Part shown: one piece after another, positions 26,929 to 35,987 of the stretch
How positions within the stretch are numbered: position 1 is the stretch's first letter
Layout: the number at the start of each line of letters is the position of its first letter
Source of the DNA: Nitrospinaceae bacterium
GTDB taxonomy: Bacteria > Nitrospinota > Nitrospinia > Nitrospinales > Nitrospinaceae
Assembly: GCA_965237905.1 (NCBI GenBank)
Contig: OZ250172.1
Coordinates: forward strand, 1,056,001 to 1,120,000
Direction of reading: 5' to 3'
Length of the DNA stretch: 64,000 nt
Program-made: the position numbers and the translations under genes
The notes under the pieces: generated by a model
What the model saw: only the letters and a program-made list of their open reading frames with translations
The model's database searches: none
Told to the model about the DNA's origin: nothing

Positions 26929-28458
26929 TTAGGCCAACTCTTTTTGGGCTTCTTCGTCCTCTTCCTCGTCGTCCATGAAATCGTCATCGTGACCCATGAG
27001 CAGTTCAGGATCCTCGATGGCCGGATGATCGATCTCTTCATGCTTGCCATCTCTATTGGAGTCCGGAAGCTCTTCCCAGATCACGACCCGGGAATTTCCA
27101 CGGTCACAAATGTAGAGCTTGCCAATATCGTCTTCATCTTCCAGATCCTCGTCGATAAACAGCCCGTAGGGATCGTTCAGGCTACATTCGGAAGCCTCGC
27201 CGCCCCGGTTGAATTTGTGTCCGGAGAAAGCATTCTGGCCGATCACCAGGTCCGCCGGCTGACCGTTCTCCGTCGGCAGTTCCTTCCAAACCAGTACCCG
27301 GTTGTTACCGGAGTCTGACACAAACAGTCCTTTGCGGCCATAAACCACGTCGGTGGGGAAATACATCCCAACGGAGTCCGCCCGTTTCATTCCCAGCCCG
27401 CCATTGACTTCACGGCTGTAGAAATCCTTTTGACCCAACACCAGGTCTGCGGGAACACCGTTGTTCGAAGGTAATTTATTCCAGATCAAAACGCGGTTGT
27501 TGCCCTGATCCACGACGAATACTTTTCCGGTTTCCTCATGGTAGAAAGCAGAGGTGGGAAAACTGAGCGTTTCCGGAGTCACATTGTCAAAATCGCCCCG
27601 GTTGGGCTCCCGTTCATCCATGCCGAATTGTCCCAGGCAAACATCAGCATTCCAACCATCATTGAAGGGAATTTTCTGCCAGATCAAAACCCGGTGATTG
27701 TCCTTGTCCGCCACGATCACATGCTGGTCGTTGCCGGAGCGGATGGAGAATGGGAAAAACAGAGATCCCGACCCGACCAGCCCGCGCCGGTTAGCCTCAC
27801 CACACTCCAGGTTATCCTGGCCCAAAACGAGACCCGGAACTTCACCGTCCTCGGAGGGCAGGCCGTTCCAGCGAAGCACACGATGGTTGCCGCTGTCGGA
27901 CACATACAGTTTTCCGTCAATGACGGCAACTCCCGCCGGTGACGAGATGGTGTCTTCCTCCGGTTTACTGATGGTGAAACCTTCCAGGTTTTCGTCACCC
28001 AGACCGGAAGTCATTTCGTCAAGCGTGGTGCTGATGCCGCGGTTTTCCAGACAGTCGGAAAAATCCTCCTGACCCAGCACAATGCTTGCGGGTTCGCCGT
28101 TCTCTTCGGGGAACTGGTTCCAGACCAGCACCCGGTGGTTGCCCCAGTCACTTACAAACAGCATATCGCCGTAACGACAGGCGAATTGCGGTTCGGAAAG
28201 AGTGTTGTCGCCGGGATCGTCGGCTCCACGGTTGGCTTCGCGTACGGAAAAATCGCTCTGGCCGATAACCATAACCGCGCCGATCTCCTTCTCTTTCTCT
28301 TCTTCCCCACCCTCGATCTCGTCGAATTCATCCATTTCCTCTTCGGTGAGGGCATCTTCTTCAATTTCCTCTTCTTCTACTGCTTCGAGCCCTTCTTCGG
28401 CCACTTCGAGGGCCTCATCCTTGATCTCTTCTTCCTTTTTGACTTGGTCTTCAGACAT
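26929..28458 (-). CDS. NHL-repeat protein (VLGQ.DF type) with acidic termini
   Basis: Repeated VSD.GN.RVL.W...P...G.PAD.VLGQ. Confidence 0.88.
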   Translation of the reverse strand: MSEDQVKKEEEIKDEALEVAEEGLEAVEEEEIEEDALTEEEMDEFDEIEGGEEEKEKEIGAVMVIGQSDFSVREANRGADDPGDNTLSEPQFACRYGDMLFVSDWGNHRVLVWNQFPEENGEPASIVLGQEDFSDCLENRGISTTLDEMTSGLGDENLEGFTISKPEEDTISSPAGVAVIDGKLYVSDSGNHRVLRWNGLPSEDGEVPGLVLGQDNLECGEANRRGLVGSGSLFFPFSIRSGNDQHVIVADKDNHRVLIWQKIPFNDGWNADVCLGQFGMDEREPNRGDFDNVTPETLSFPTSAFYHEETGKVFVVDQGNNRVLIWNKLPSNNGVPADLVLGQKDFYSREVNGGLGMKRADSVGMYFPTDVVYGRKGLFVSDSGNNRVLVWKELPTENGQPADLVIGQNAFSGHKFNRGGEASECSLNDPYGLFIDEDLEDEDDIGKLYICDRGNSRVVIWEELPDSNRDGKHEEIDHPAIEDPELLMGHDDDFMDDEEEDEEAQKELA

Positions 28459-28580
28459 CGAACCCACCTCTTTTAAAACTTAATAAATGGCTCAACCGGC
28501 CGAAAACTCTCGAGTCCTCTGGTACCGGTGAAAATAAAATTGTTAGCGTACTGTATTAATATCCCATACTGGGGTTTCGA

Positions 28581-30164
28581 TCAAGGTAAATTCAACCGTT
28601 GCCACATGGAAACCACCTTTCTACCATTGCGGTCCTGATAGGCTCCATCCCACACCGCAAAGGCAATCAGGATCGGCTGCTTCTTCCTGAACTTTACGTC
28701 CCATTTGTTGAGAGACTTTAAAGACCGGCGAAAAACCACATGCCACTGGCCCTCTTTCCATATCCCCTGGCCGATAATATTTTGCTTGGTTTTCGGTTGC
28801 GGGGTCAGGGTGCCGAACCCTTCGGCGTTCAATTCTTCAATGGGCACGTCGCGGAAGGGATTCAGGGACTCGACCGGGTTCACCTCGCCGCCGAAAATCA
28901 TGACATCCATATCCATACCCTTGGTTGCGTATTCCAGCTCCTCTTTGGTTTCAATCTCCGATTGCCAATCGGCGCGCCATTGCCAGATGTTGACGGGCTT
29001 GGACCGGTTGCCCATTCCAAAGAAGGGCTCGTTGTGGCCGTGGGTGTGCAAAAGCACGTCGCCCAGGGCGAATTCCAGCGCCACGGCATCTTTGAAATCC
29101 TGATGGCGGCTGGAGGTCCGGTTGGCCACGGGATCGTCCCATACCACCCGGATGGCGATTTCCTTGTCGTTGACGACCGATTGAAACCGCACCCGATTGA
29201 TGGGATTTTTACGGGCGTTGAGCGCGATCAACTGCACGTCGTGGCTGGGCACATCCTTCCAGAGCGGACTCTCCGGATCGTCTACAATTTTCTGATCGGT
29301 TGTTTTGGAATAGAGATCGATTTCATACTCGGCCTTCTGGAGCCGGTCTACCTGGATTTTAGACCGGACATAAGCCACCAGATCCCAGCGCTCGGCATCG
29401 GTCAGATGGCTGAACGATTTCATCGGGGTGCCGTCGATGCCGGTGGTCAGGGTCATATACAAATCCCGCTTCTCATAGCCGAATTTATTGATATTGGGAT
29501 TGGTCAAATCATAGACAAATACCCGGTGATCCCAGATGTCGTACAGGGTGTCGGCCATCGGCCCGCCGCCCTTGAGGTCGGTGCCATGACAGCGGGAACA
29601 CCGCATCTCTTTATAAACTTGCTTACCCTTTTTAATGGATTCCGGGGTGGTGGATGGCGTGGGACCGGGGTCGATCGGTTTTTTGGGTTTCTCAGTTTTG
29701 AACCGGCTTGAAAAACTTTTGATGTATTCCACGACCGCAAAGGTCTCGTCGTCGGTCAGGGCCGATTCCCAGGCCGGCATCGCGGTTCCCTTGATGCCCT
29801 TGCTGATGGTTTTAAAGATATCGGAGTCGAGCGGCAGGGAGCCGGACGGGGTGGAGCGGTGTTTGAACACGCCCTTGCGAAAATCCCGCGGCCACGGGTA
29901 CAGGTAATCGATTGCCTTACCGCCGCCGTTACCATCCTCACCGTGGCAGAACGTGCACATGTGTTTGTATACGGTCGCGCCGATGGTTTTGCTGGTCTGC
30001 GCTCCGTGGCCTTTATGACCGCCGGGGTCATCGGTGTGTGCATACAACCCACCGCCATCCGGTCCTATGAACCCAAGGACGAGGGCGGTGACCAGAAGAC
30101 TCGGCAGGAAAAGGCGTCTAACGGACCTGTATTTGGGGTTTCGATAAGGTGTATAAGGTTTCAT
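28581..30164 (-). CDS. Diheme cytochrome c fused to an ethylbenzene-dehydrogenase-gamma/NxrC-like heme b domain
   Basis: CTFCH and CSRCH, PWPRDF, FKDAVALEF, GMG and AFAVWDG..RNGRK motifs; start position uncertain. Confidence 0.85.
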   Translation of the reverse strand: MKPYTPYRNPKYRSVRRLFLPSLLVTALVLGFIGPDGGGLYAHTDDPGGHKGHGAQTSKTIGATVYKHMCTFCHGEDGNGGGKAIDYLYPWPRDFRKGVFKHRSTPSGSLPLDSDIFKTISKGIKGTAMPAWESALTDDETFAVVEYIKSFSSRFKTEKPKKPIDPGPTPSTTPESIKKGKQVYKEMRCSRCHGTDLKGGGPMADTLYDIWDHRVFVYDLTNPNINKFGYEKRDLYMTLTTGIDGTPMKSFSHLTDAERWDLVAYVRSKIQVDRLQKAEYEIDLYSKTTDQKIVDDPESPLWKDVPSHDVQLIALNARKNPINRVRFQSVVNDKEIAIRVVWDDPVANRTSSRHQDFKDAVALEFALGDVLLHTHGHNEPFFGMGNRSKPVNIWQWRADWQSEIETKEELEYATKGMDMDVMIFGGEVNPVESLNPFRDVPIEELNAEGFGTLTPQPKTKQNIIGQGIWKEGQWHVVFRRSLKSLNKWDVKFRKKQPILIAFAVWDGAYQDRNGRKVVSMWQRLNLP

Positions 30165-30618
30165 TACCATTCAAACCATCTTCGGCGACATCGATCCAAA
30201 TATTCGTGCAGTTGTGCCGGAAGTCGACCCCCAGACAATAAAACAGGGGATACTTCGAGGTGAAATAAATCACCGGTTTTGAGACGTATACCGTCAGGCT
30301 GTCGATTCTCGCACTCTGGATCGCATCCTGGATGGTCATTTTCTCGCTGGATTCCTTCCGGATAATCTTGCGAATGACCTGATAATCCAGCTTTCCATCC
30401 AAATCCAGATCGTAATAGGTGGCAATCAAACCGGGAATGCTGATCAATTCCCATCCGCGGTAGGAAGGGTCCTTCCATCCCGGTTCTTTGGGAATTTGAA
30501 CTGTATCGGACTTTTGAGATAAGGGAGGAAAGGGCTCCTGGGCGTGAGCCGGACTTTTGATCCACATCATGTGAACCAGAACCACTCCAAGAAGAAAACT
30601 GACCGAATGCGCCTTCAT
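30118..30618 (-). CDS. Secreted hypothetical protein
   Basis: AGGAG RBS, signal peptide, DLDLDGKLD (Ca-binding-like loop). Confidence 0.7.
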   Translation of the reverse strand: MKAHSVSFLLGVVLVHMMWIKSPAHAQEPFPPLSQKSDTVQIPKEPGWKDPSYRGWELISIPGLIATYYDLDLDGKLDYQVIRKIIRKESSEKMTIQDAIQSARIDSLTVYVSKPVIYFTSKYPLFYCLGVDFRHNCTNIWIDVAEDGLNGNETLYTLSKPQIQVR

Positions 30619-30804
30619 CCCAATGCTCCTGTAAATTCACCCCCCAGTACGTCAATTAAAGCCTAAGATTCCAAAGTACCACACTTTCCAGAGCAAAGAA
30701 AAGAATATAAAAACCTCTCCACATCCCTCTAAGTTACTGTATTTTAAATATTTATAGAGGGGGAACGTTACCCTGTCTGGGAAGAATTTTCAGGAAACAG
30801 ACAT

Positions 30805-30843
30805 AAAAAAAGGGCAAAGCGCACACAGCGCTCTGCCCTTTTT
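30805..30843. terminator. Terminator downstream of the cytochrome c gene
   Basis: AAAAAGGGCAAAGCG...CGCTCTGCCCTTTTT. Confidence 0.75.
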
Positions 30844-30858
30844 AAAAACTTAAAAAAT

Positions 30859-31302
30859 TTACTTCATCAAATCCGTGCGAATGTATTTGATGACATCCCA
30901 GATTTCCTTGTCCTTCAGTTTACCGCCGAACGGCAACATGCCCTTCGCGCCGGTACCCTTCGGTCCGTTCTTGATGACCCAGAACATTTGACCCGGAGTG
31001 ATTTTTTTCATGGTTTTTGCACAAGTGAAGTTGCGGGGTTTGGGGTTCAAAGCCACACCCAGTTTGCCGGTGCCGTCGCCTTTATCGCCATGACACATTT
31101 TGCAGGCCATGGGTTTAGCGGTCTTGGAGTAGATTTTTTTGCCTGCGGCAGCATTGGCCTTGGCGGTCTCATCTTTTTTGTAGAGACTGGCTGGAGCTTT
31201 TTTGACTTTCCGCTTTTGAGGACACTTGGCCGCGGCGAAAACGGTGTTGACCGCGAACAAAGTCAAAACGGCGAATACAAGAAATATTACAGATTTTTTC
31301 AT
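30859..31302 (-). CDS. Periplasmic monoheme cytochrome c
   Basis: Signal peptide, CKMCH, PKPRNF and GMLPF (axial Met). Confidence 0.92.
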   Translation of the reverse strand: MKKSVIFLVFAVLTLFAVNTVFAAAKCPQKRKVKKAPASLYKKDETAKANAAAGKKIYSKTAKPMACKMCHGDKGDGTGKLGVALNPKPRNFTCAKTMKKITPGQMFWVIKNGPKGTGAKGMLPFGGKLKDKEIWDVIKYIRTDLMK

Positions 31303-31654
31303 CGGTGTTGTCCTTTCATAAGGTATTGAATTAAGATATATCACGCAAAACGGTAAACATTAAAAACCGAGACAATCGAATTTATGAGCCGGAAGCAAAA
31401 CCGAGAGGAACCAGAGACCGCGCAAATTACCGGCGAAAAATGAGGGCTAGATTATATTTAATCTGGCACTTATGTCAACCCCAATTTCCACACAGGCCGG
31501 TTCCTGATCATCCGGCTTGACCCGGACTGCCGCCACTCCTTTAGCATTCACAATATCCAGTAAATCGGTATAAAATAAGAACACCAGTTGATTTTTCGCT
31601 GTTTACCTCCCATTTGGGACCCCAACTGTTTTTCGAGAGCATCTCTTCCAATTC

Positions 31655-33559
31655 ATGGACCTTCTCCTTTTCACAATAATTTTTCTGGCGTTTTTTCTGG
31701 CAGGTGAAACCCTGGCCTCCTTCTGGAAACCCGTCTATTCACATTTCCTGGAGCGGCTGGTGTTTCATACCCTTCTGGGTCTGGTGGCGGTGGCGCTTCT
31801 GACCATGGCTCTCGCTTTTGCCGGGGGCATTTATCCGGCTACCGGATGGATCATTGTGGGAGTGATTGTTCTGGGTTCCGCCAAAACCTGGCCTTCCCTT
31901 TGGCAAACGGTTTCAGCGTTCCGGCCTAATTTTGGGAAATTTTTCGATAAAGATCAGACAGACCAGGGATTCCAGGGGTTCAGCGTTTTGATCCTCGTGG
32001 TACTGGTGGTTCTGGCGTTGGTACTGGCGCTGGCCCCGCCGGTGAAAACCGACGCGCTGGTGTACCACCTGGCTATCCCCAAGGCCTATCTCGAACACCA
32101 CGGCATCGTCAACCTCCCCAACAACATGTACTCTTTCTTTCCTCTATTGTTCGAGATGGTGTTTCTGTTTGCAATGACATTCGGAGTGGAATCGCTCCCG
32201 GCGCTGTGCGGCCTGGGAATGGCTTTTCTTCTGCTCATGGGATTGGGGGTTTATTTCCGCCAGTACCTGTCGCCGCGCCTGGCCTGGTTCGTGCCGGTGT
32301 TGTTTTTCAGCACGCCAACCTTTTTTGAAATTTCCGCTTCCGCCTATATTGATCTGGCGTTGGCGGGCTTCATGTTTTTCACGTTTTATGCCTGGGATCG
32401 TTGGCGGGAAACCCGCCTCCCCTTCTGGTTCTTCTATATGGCTGTGTGCGCCGCTGCGGCCTGGGCCACCAAATTGACCGGGTTGATTGTGCTCCCTCTG
32501 GTGGTGCTGGGCATCGCTTTGGAGGGAAAAAAAGACAACAACCCTGCACGGGTGTTGAAGCATATCGTGATCTTTTCCGGCATCATCTTTCTGTTCATGG
32601 TTCCCTGGTGGATTCGTAACTACCTATACACCGGCAATCCTTTTCTGCCTCTGCTGATGCAATTTCTGGGCGGGGAAGGCCGTGTCAATTGGGATCCTCA
32701 CCGGGCAATGTTGTTTAATGACTATGTTAAAAATTTTGGCATGGGAAGAGGACTGTTGGACCTGCTGTTACTGCCCTACAACCTCACCTTTCACGCCCAA
32801 CCGGGTTCCCTGAAATTTGACGGGCAGATCGGCATCGTGTTCTTCATGCTGATTCCGGCGCTGATCGTCGGCCTGTGGAAACCCCGTTCGCCGCGATGGG
32901 TGCCACTGGGTTTATGTTTTGCCGTGCTGATGTTTTTCTGGTTCGTTTATTTCCAATACGTCCGGTTTTTGGCACCGGCCTTCACGGCGCTGACTCTGTT
33001 AGGCGTCGCCGGGCTGGAGAAAATTACCCGGCCCAAATCCGAGGACGGTTCCCCGCCGCGCTGGCTGGGTCAAATTCTGCTGGGCGTGGTGGCCTGCGGC
33101 GTATTGTTTAATGTCAACCTGATCCGGGAAAGCTGGCAAAAAAAGGCTCCCTGGGAATATGTGACAGGGAAAGAAACCCGCGACCCGTATCTTGCCCGGA
33201 ACATATCCGGTTATCCCATGTACCAGGCCATGAACAAGCTGAACCCTGAAGCCAAGGTGCTGTGGGTCTATATGCGTAATCGGGGTTATTTGGCGGAGAG
33301 GTCCTTTCACAGCGACAGCGTGTTTGAAGACTTCACCCTGAAGAGCATCGTGGAGCAGGACGCCTCTCCCGAAGGCATCCGCCGGCAATTGCAATCTTTG
33401 GGCATCACCCACCTGATGTTCGACCGGAATTACATGTTAGGGAAAGAGGCCGCGTTTTCTCCAGACCACCAGACCGCGCTGAACCGGTTTCTGAAAAATC
33501 ACACTCAATTGCTGAAACAGAAGGATAATTTTTTCCTGGTCCAACTGGTATTGGACTAA
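31655..33559 (+). CDS. GT-C superfamily (ArnT/GT39-like) membrane glycosyltransferase
   Basis: DALVYHL, YIDL, ATK and RNYLYTGNP motifs; many TM helices. Confidence 0.75.
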   Translation: MDLLLFTIIFLAFFLAGETLASFWKPVYSHFLERLVFHTLLGLVAVALLTMALAFAGGIYPATGWIIVGVIVLGSAKTWPSLWQTVSAFRPNFGKFFDKDQTDQGFQGFSVLILVVLVVLALVLALAPPVKTDALVYHLAIPKAYLEHHGIVNLPNNMYSFFPLLFEMVFLFAMTFGVESLPALCGLGMAFLLLMGLGVYFRQYLSPRLAWFVPVLFFSTPTFFEISASAYIDLALAGFMFFTFYAWDRWRETRLPFWFFYMAVCAAAAWATKLTGLIVLPLVVLGIALEGKKDNNPARVLKHIVIFSGIIFLFMVPWWIRNYLYTGNPFLPLLMQFLGGEGRVNWDPHRAMLFNDYVKNFGMGRGLLDLLLLPYNLTFHAQPGSLKFDGQIGIVFFMLIPALIVGLWKPRSPRWVPLGLCFAVLMFFWFVYFQYVRFLAPAFTALTLLGVAGLEKITRPKSEDGSPPRWLGQILLGVVACGVLFNVNLIRESWQKKAPWEYVTGKETRDPYLARNISGYPMYQAMNKLNPEAKVLWVYMRNRGYLAERSFHSDSVFEDFTLKSIVEQDASPEGIRRQLQSLGITHLMFDRNYMLGKEAAFSPDHQTALNRFLKNHTQLLKQKDNFFLVQLVLD

Positions 33560-33652
33560 TGGCGGTTTTCATCTATAATCCAACCTTCTTTTAAATCCAG
33601 CAGAACACCCGCCCAGTCTCATGCTATGGGGAGGGATAGGAGACATATAGCG

Positions 33653-34252
33653 ATGGCACGTTTGGAAGGCAAAAATATACTGATCATTATCCCGAAAGAT
33701 TATTACGAAGAGGAGGAACTGGATTACCCTTTAAAAAAACTCCGTGAGGAAGGAGCGGATGTGCGCATTGCTTCCTCCAAACTCAAGGAAGCCGTAGGCA
33801 TGAAAACCGGCCGCATCATGCCGGATTTTCTGGTGGTGGACGCCATTGAGGGCATTACGGGAGACAGTTATGTAACCGGGGGCAAAGGGACACGCCAGGT
33901 CATTGGCGTGTTTCACGGCGTGGTGGTCATCGGCGGGCGCGGCGCCCGAAAATATATATGGACCGACAAGCTGACGCGTTTGCTGATATTGGACCGTTTT
34001 AAAAGCGACATGGTGGTCGCCGCCATCGGACAGGGCGTTCCGGCGTTAGGGATCGCGGGATTGTTGGAAAATATCGAAGTGGCCGCTCCGCAGGACAAAC
34101 ATACCCTTCCGGAGCTGGACAAAGCCGCCGCCATTCTGGCTGATGAAAACATGGTGATCCATGAACGGATCATCACCGCAGTAGGAGCCGAGGCGGTGGA
34201 AGAGTTCACTGAAGCCATCATCGAAGCGGTAATGGCAACAAAAGTAAAATAG
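33653..34252 (+). CDS. DJ-1/PfpI family protein lacking the nucleophile Cys
   Basis: YEEEELDYP, VVVIGG.GA and AAIGQG motifs. Confidence 0.82.
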   Translation: MARLEGKNILIIIPKDYYEEEELDYPLKKLREEGADVRIASSKLKEAVGMKTGRIMPDFLVVDAIEGITGDSYVTGGKGTRQVIGVFHGVVVIGGRGARKYIWTDKLTRLLILDRFKSDMVVAAIGQGVPALGIAGLLENIEVAAPQDKHTLPELDKAAAILADENMVIHERIITAVGAEAVEEFTEAIIEAVMATKVK

Positions 34253-34286
34253 GAATACCTCCTTACCAGAGGCTTTTGCGTAGCCG

Positions 34287-34371
34287 TGTCCCCCTGAGCC
34301 CGTCGCGAAGGGGAACACGGTCATACTTCGACAGAGCCTGTCTTGAGCTTGTCGAAGGACTCAGCATGACA
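34287..34371. repeat. REP-like palindromic element (composite)
   Basis: CTGAGC..GTCG..AAGG, CTTCGACA, TGAGCTTGTCGAAGG and CTCAGCATGACA segments; matches 2527-2587. Confidence 0.7.
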
Positions 34372-34392
34372 CCGATTGCAGAGCCTGTCCCT

Positions 34393-34758
34393 CTAAATCC
34401 CGAGTTCGTCCCCTTCTCCTTCTTTTTCTTTTTGAGACTGAATTATTTTCTGGCGAATTTTAAATGCGTTGTTTAAATCCTTGACGGTATTTTCCTTGGC
34501 GTCGGGCAAATGTATTTTTTGATTAAACTCATCCAAGGGGTGGTCTTCCAGCAGTTTGGCAAAGGCCTCGTCCAGGAAAGGGCGGGTCATCTGCACCACA
34601 TTATCCAATAATATCGAAATCCGCTCATACTTGTCCCAGTTGTCCAGGACATGTTTTCTGAGAGACTCGGCGGAAGGGGAACCGTCGTCGGAGGTACGGC
34701 CAGACAGCATATCGGTCCCCATAAATTTGTACACATTTACGATTAATTCGTTTTCCAT
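34393..34758 (-). CDS. STAS-like (DUF4325) protein
   Basis: I.LDNV..MT..FLDEAFAKL motif. Confidence 0.72.
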   Translation of the reverse strand: MENELIVNVYKFMGTDMLSGRTSDDGSPSAESLRKHVLDNWDKYERISILLDNVVQMTRPFLDEAFAKLLEDHPLDEFNQKIHLPDAKENTVKDLNNAFKIRQKIIQSQKEKEGEGDELGI

Positions 34759-34791
34759 AGTTCCTTCCTTAAAGAGATCCTAACAAAAATC

Positions 34792-35280
34792 TTATTCCTC
34801 TACGATGGCAACGGATTTCATTTCTATCCGTTCCTCCGGATTGTCGTTGGAGTCGCGAGGCTCGTCAACGATTTTATCCACCACGTCCATGCCTTCAATG
34901 ACCTTGCCGAACGCCGTGTACTGGCCATCCAGAAAAAACGAATCCTTAACGCAGATGAAAAACTGCGACCCCGCGCTGTTGGGGTCCTGGGACCGCGCCA
35001 TAGACAGCACGCCCCGCTGATGCTTCGTGTCATTGAATTCCGCGTCAATGGTGTGTCCCGGACCGCCCGTACCGTGTGCGGAGCGGTTGTCCGATTTCGA
35101 ATTGGGGTCGCCCCCCTGAATCATAAAACCGGGAATGACCCGGTGAAACGTGGTGCTGTCATAAAAGTTTTTGTTGGCCAGATCCTTGAAATTTTTGACA
35201 TGCCCCGGAGCTTTGTCATCAAAAAATTCCAGTTTAATGGTCCCGTGTGTGGTTTCGATCACTGCGACTTCTTTACTCAT
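34792..35280 (-). CDS. Cyclophilin-type PPIase (cytoplasmic)
   Basis: FHRVIPGFMIQGGDP and SAGSQFFI motifs. Confidence 0.95.
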   Translation of the reverse strand: MSKEVAVIETTHGTIKLEFFDDKAPGHVKNFKDLANKNFYDSTTFHRVIPGFMIQGGDPNSKSDNRSAHGTGGPGHTIDAEFNDTKHQRGVLSMARSQDPNSAGSQFFICVKDSFFLDGQYTAFGKVIEGMDVVDKIVDEPRDSNDNPEERIEMKSVAIVEE

Positions 35281-35303
35281 AAAAAGCTCCTTTGGCTTTG
35301 GAA

Positions 35304-35885
35304 TTATTTTTTGGATTTAATGATAATTTTCATGCTGACGGATTCAATGGGATTATCGTTCCCATCCCGCGGGGAACTGACGATCTTATCCGCCACTTCC
35401 ATCCCTTTGGTCACTTTGCCGAACGCCGTGTATTGGCCGTTCAGAAAATGGGCATCCTTGACCACGATGAAAAACTGCGATCCCGCGCTATCCGGGTCCT
35501 GGGAACGGGCCATGGACAGAATGCCCCGTTCATGCTTGGTATCGTTGAACTCGGCCTTGATGTTGTAACCGGGTCCCCCCCTGCCATGCACGGAACGATC
35601 CGATTTTTTGGAATTGGGGTCCCCGCCCTGAATCATAAAACCAGGGATCACCCGATGAAAGAGAGTCCCATTGTAAAATCCGGTTTTAGCGAGGGTCTTG
35701 AAATTTTTGACGTGACCGGGGGCTTTGTCCGGGAAGAATTCCAATTCGATATTGCCGAGCCTGGTTTCGATAACGGCAATTTCATTTGCCGGCACAGGGT
35801 TGCCCTTGACCTTTTCATCCGCCAGCGCAGAACCTGTTCCTACTGCCAGCATTGCAACCCAAAGCAGAATAATAATCTTTCGCAT
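35304..35885 (-). CDS. Cyclophilin-type PPIase (periplasmic)
   Basis: Same motifs plus a signal peptide. Confidence 0.95.
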   Translation of the reverse strand: MRKIIILLWVAMLAVGTGSALADEKVKGNPVPANEIAVIETRLGNIELEFFPDKAPGHVKNFKTLAKTGFYNGTLFHRVIPGFMIQGGDPNSKKSDRSVHGRGGPGYNIKAEFNDTKHERGILSMARSQDPDSAGSQFFIVVKDAHFLNGQYTAFGKVTKGMEVADKIVSSPRDGNDNPIESVSMKIIIKSKK

Positions 35886-35987
35886 GGAACCCCCAAAAAA
35901 TGATTTAAACTATTCAATAATCCCCACAGCGGTCTCAACACCGATCAATATGCACTGGAGGGTCTGTAACCGGGCCATTGTAAAGGA

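Noticed and set aside
28740..29711. Long antisense ORFs (also 3978-4817, 19124-20032, 60073-60969, 62844-63872)
   Set aside because: They are shadows of well-supported genes on the opposite strand and carry no motifs or RBS.
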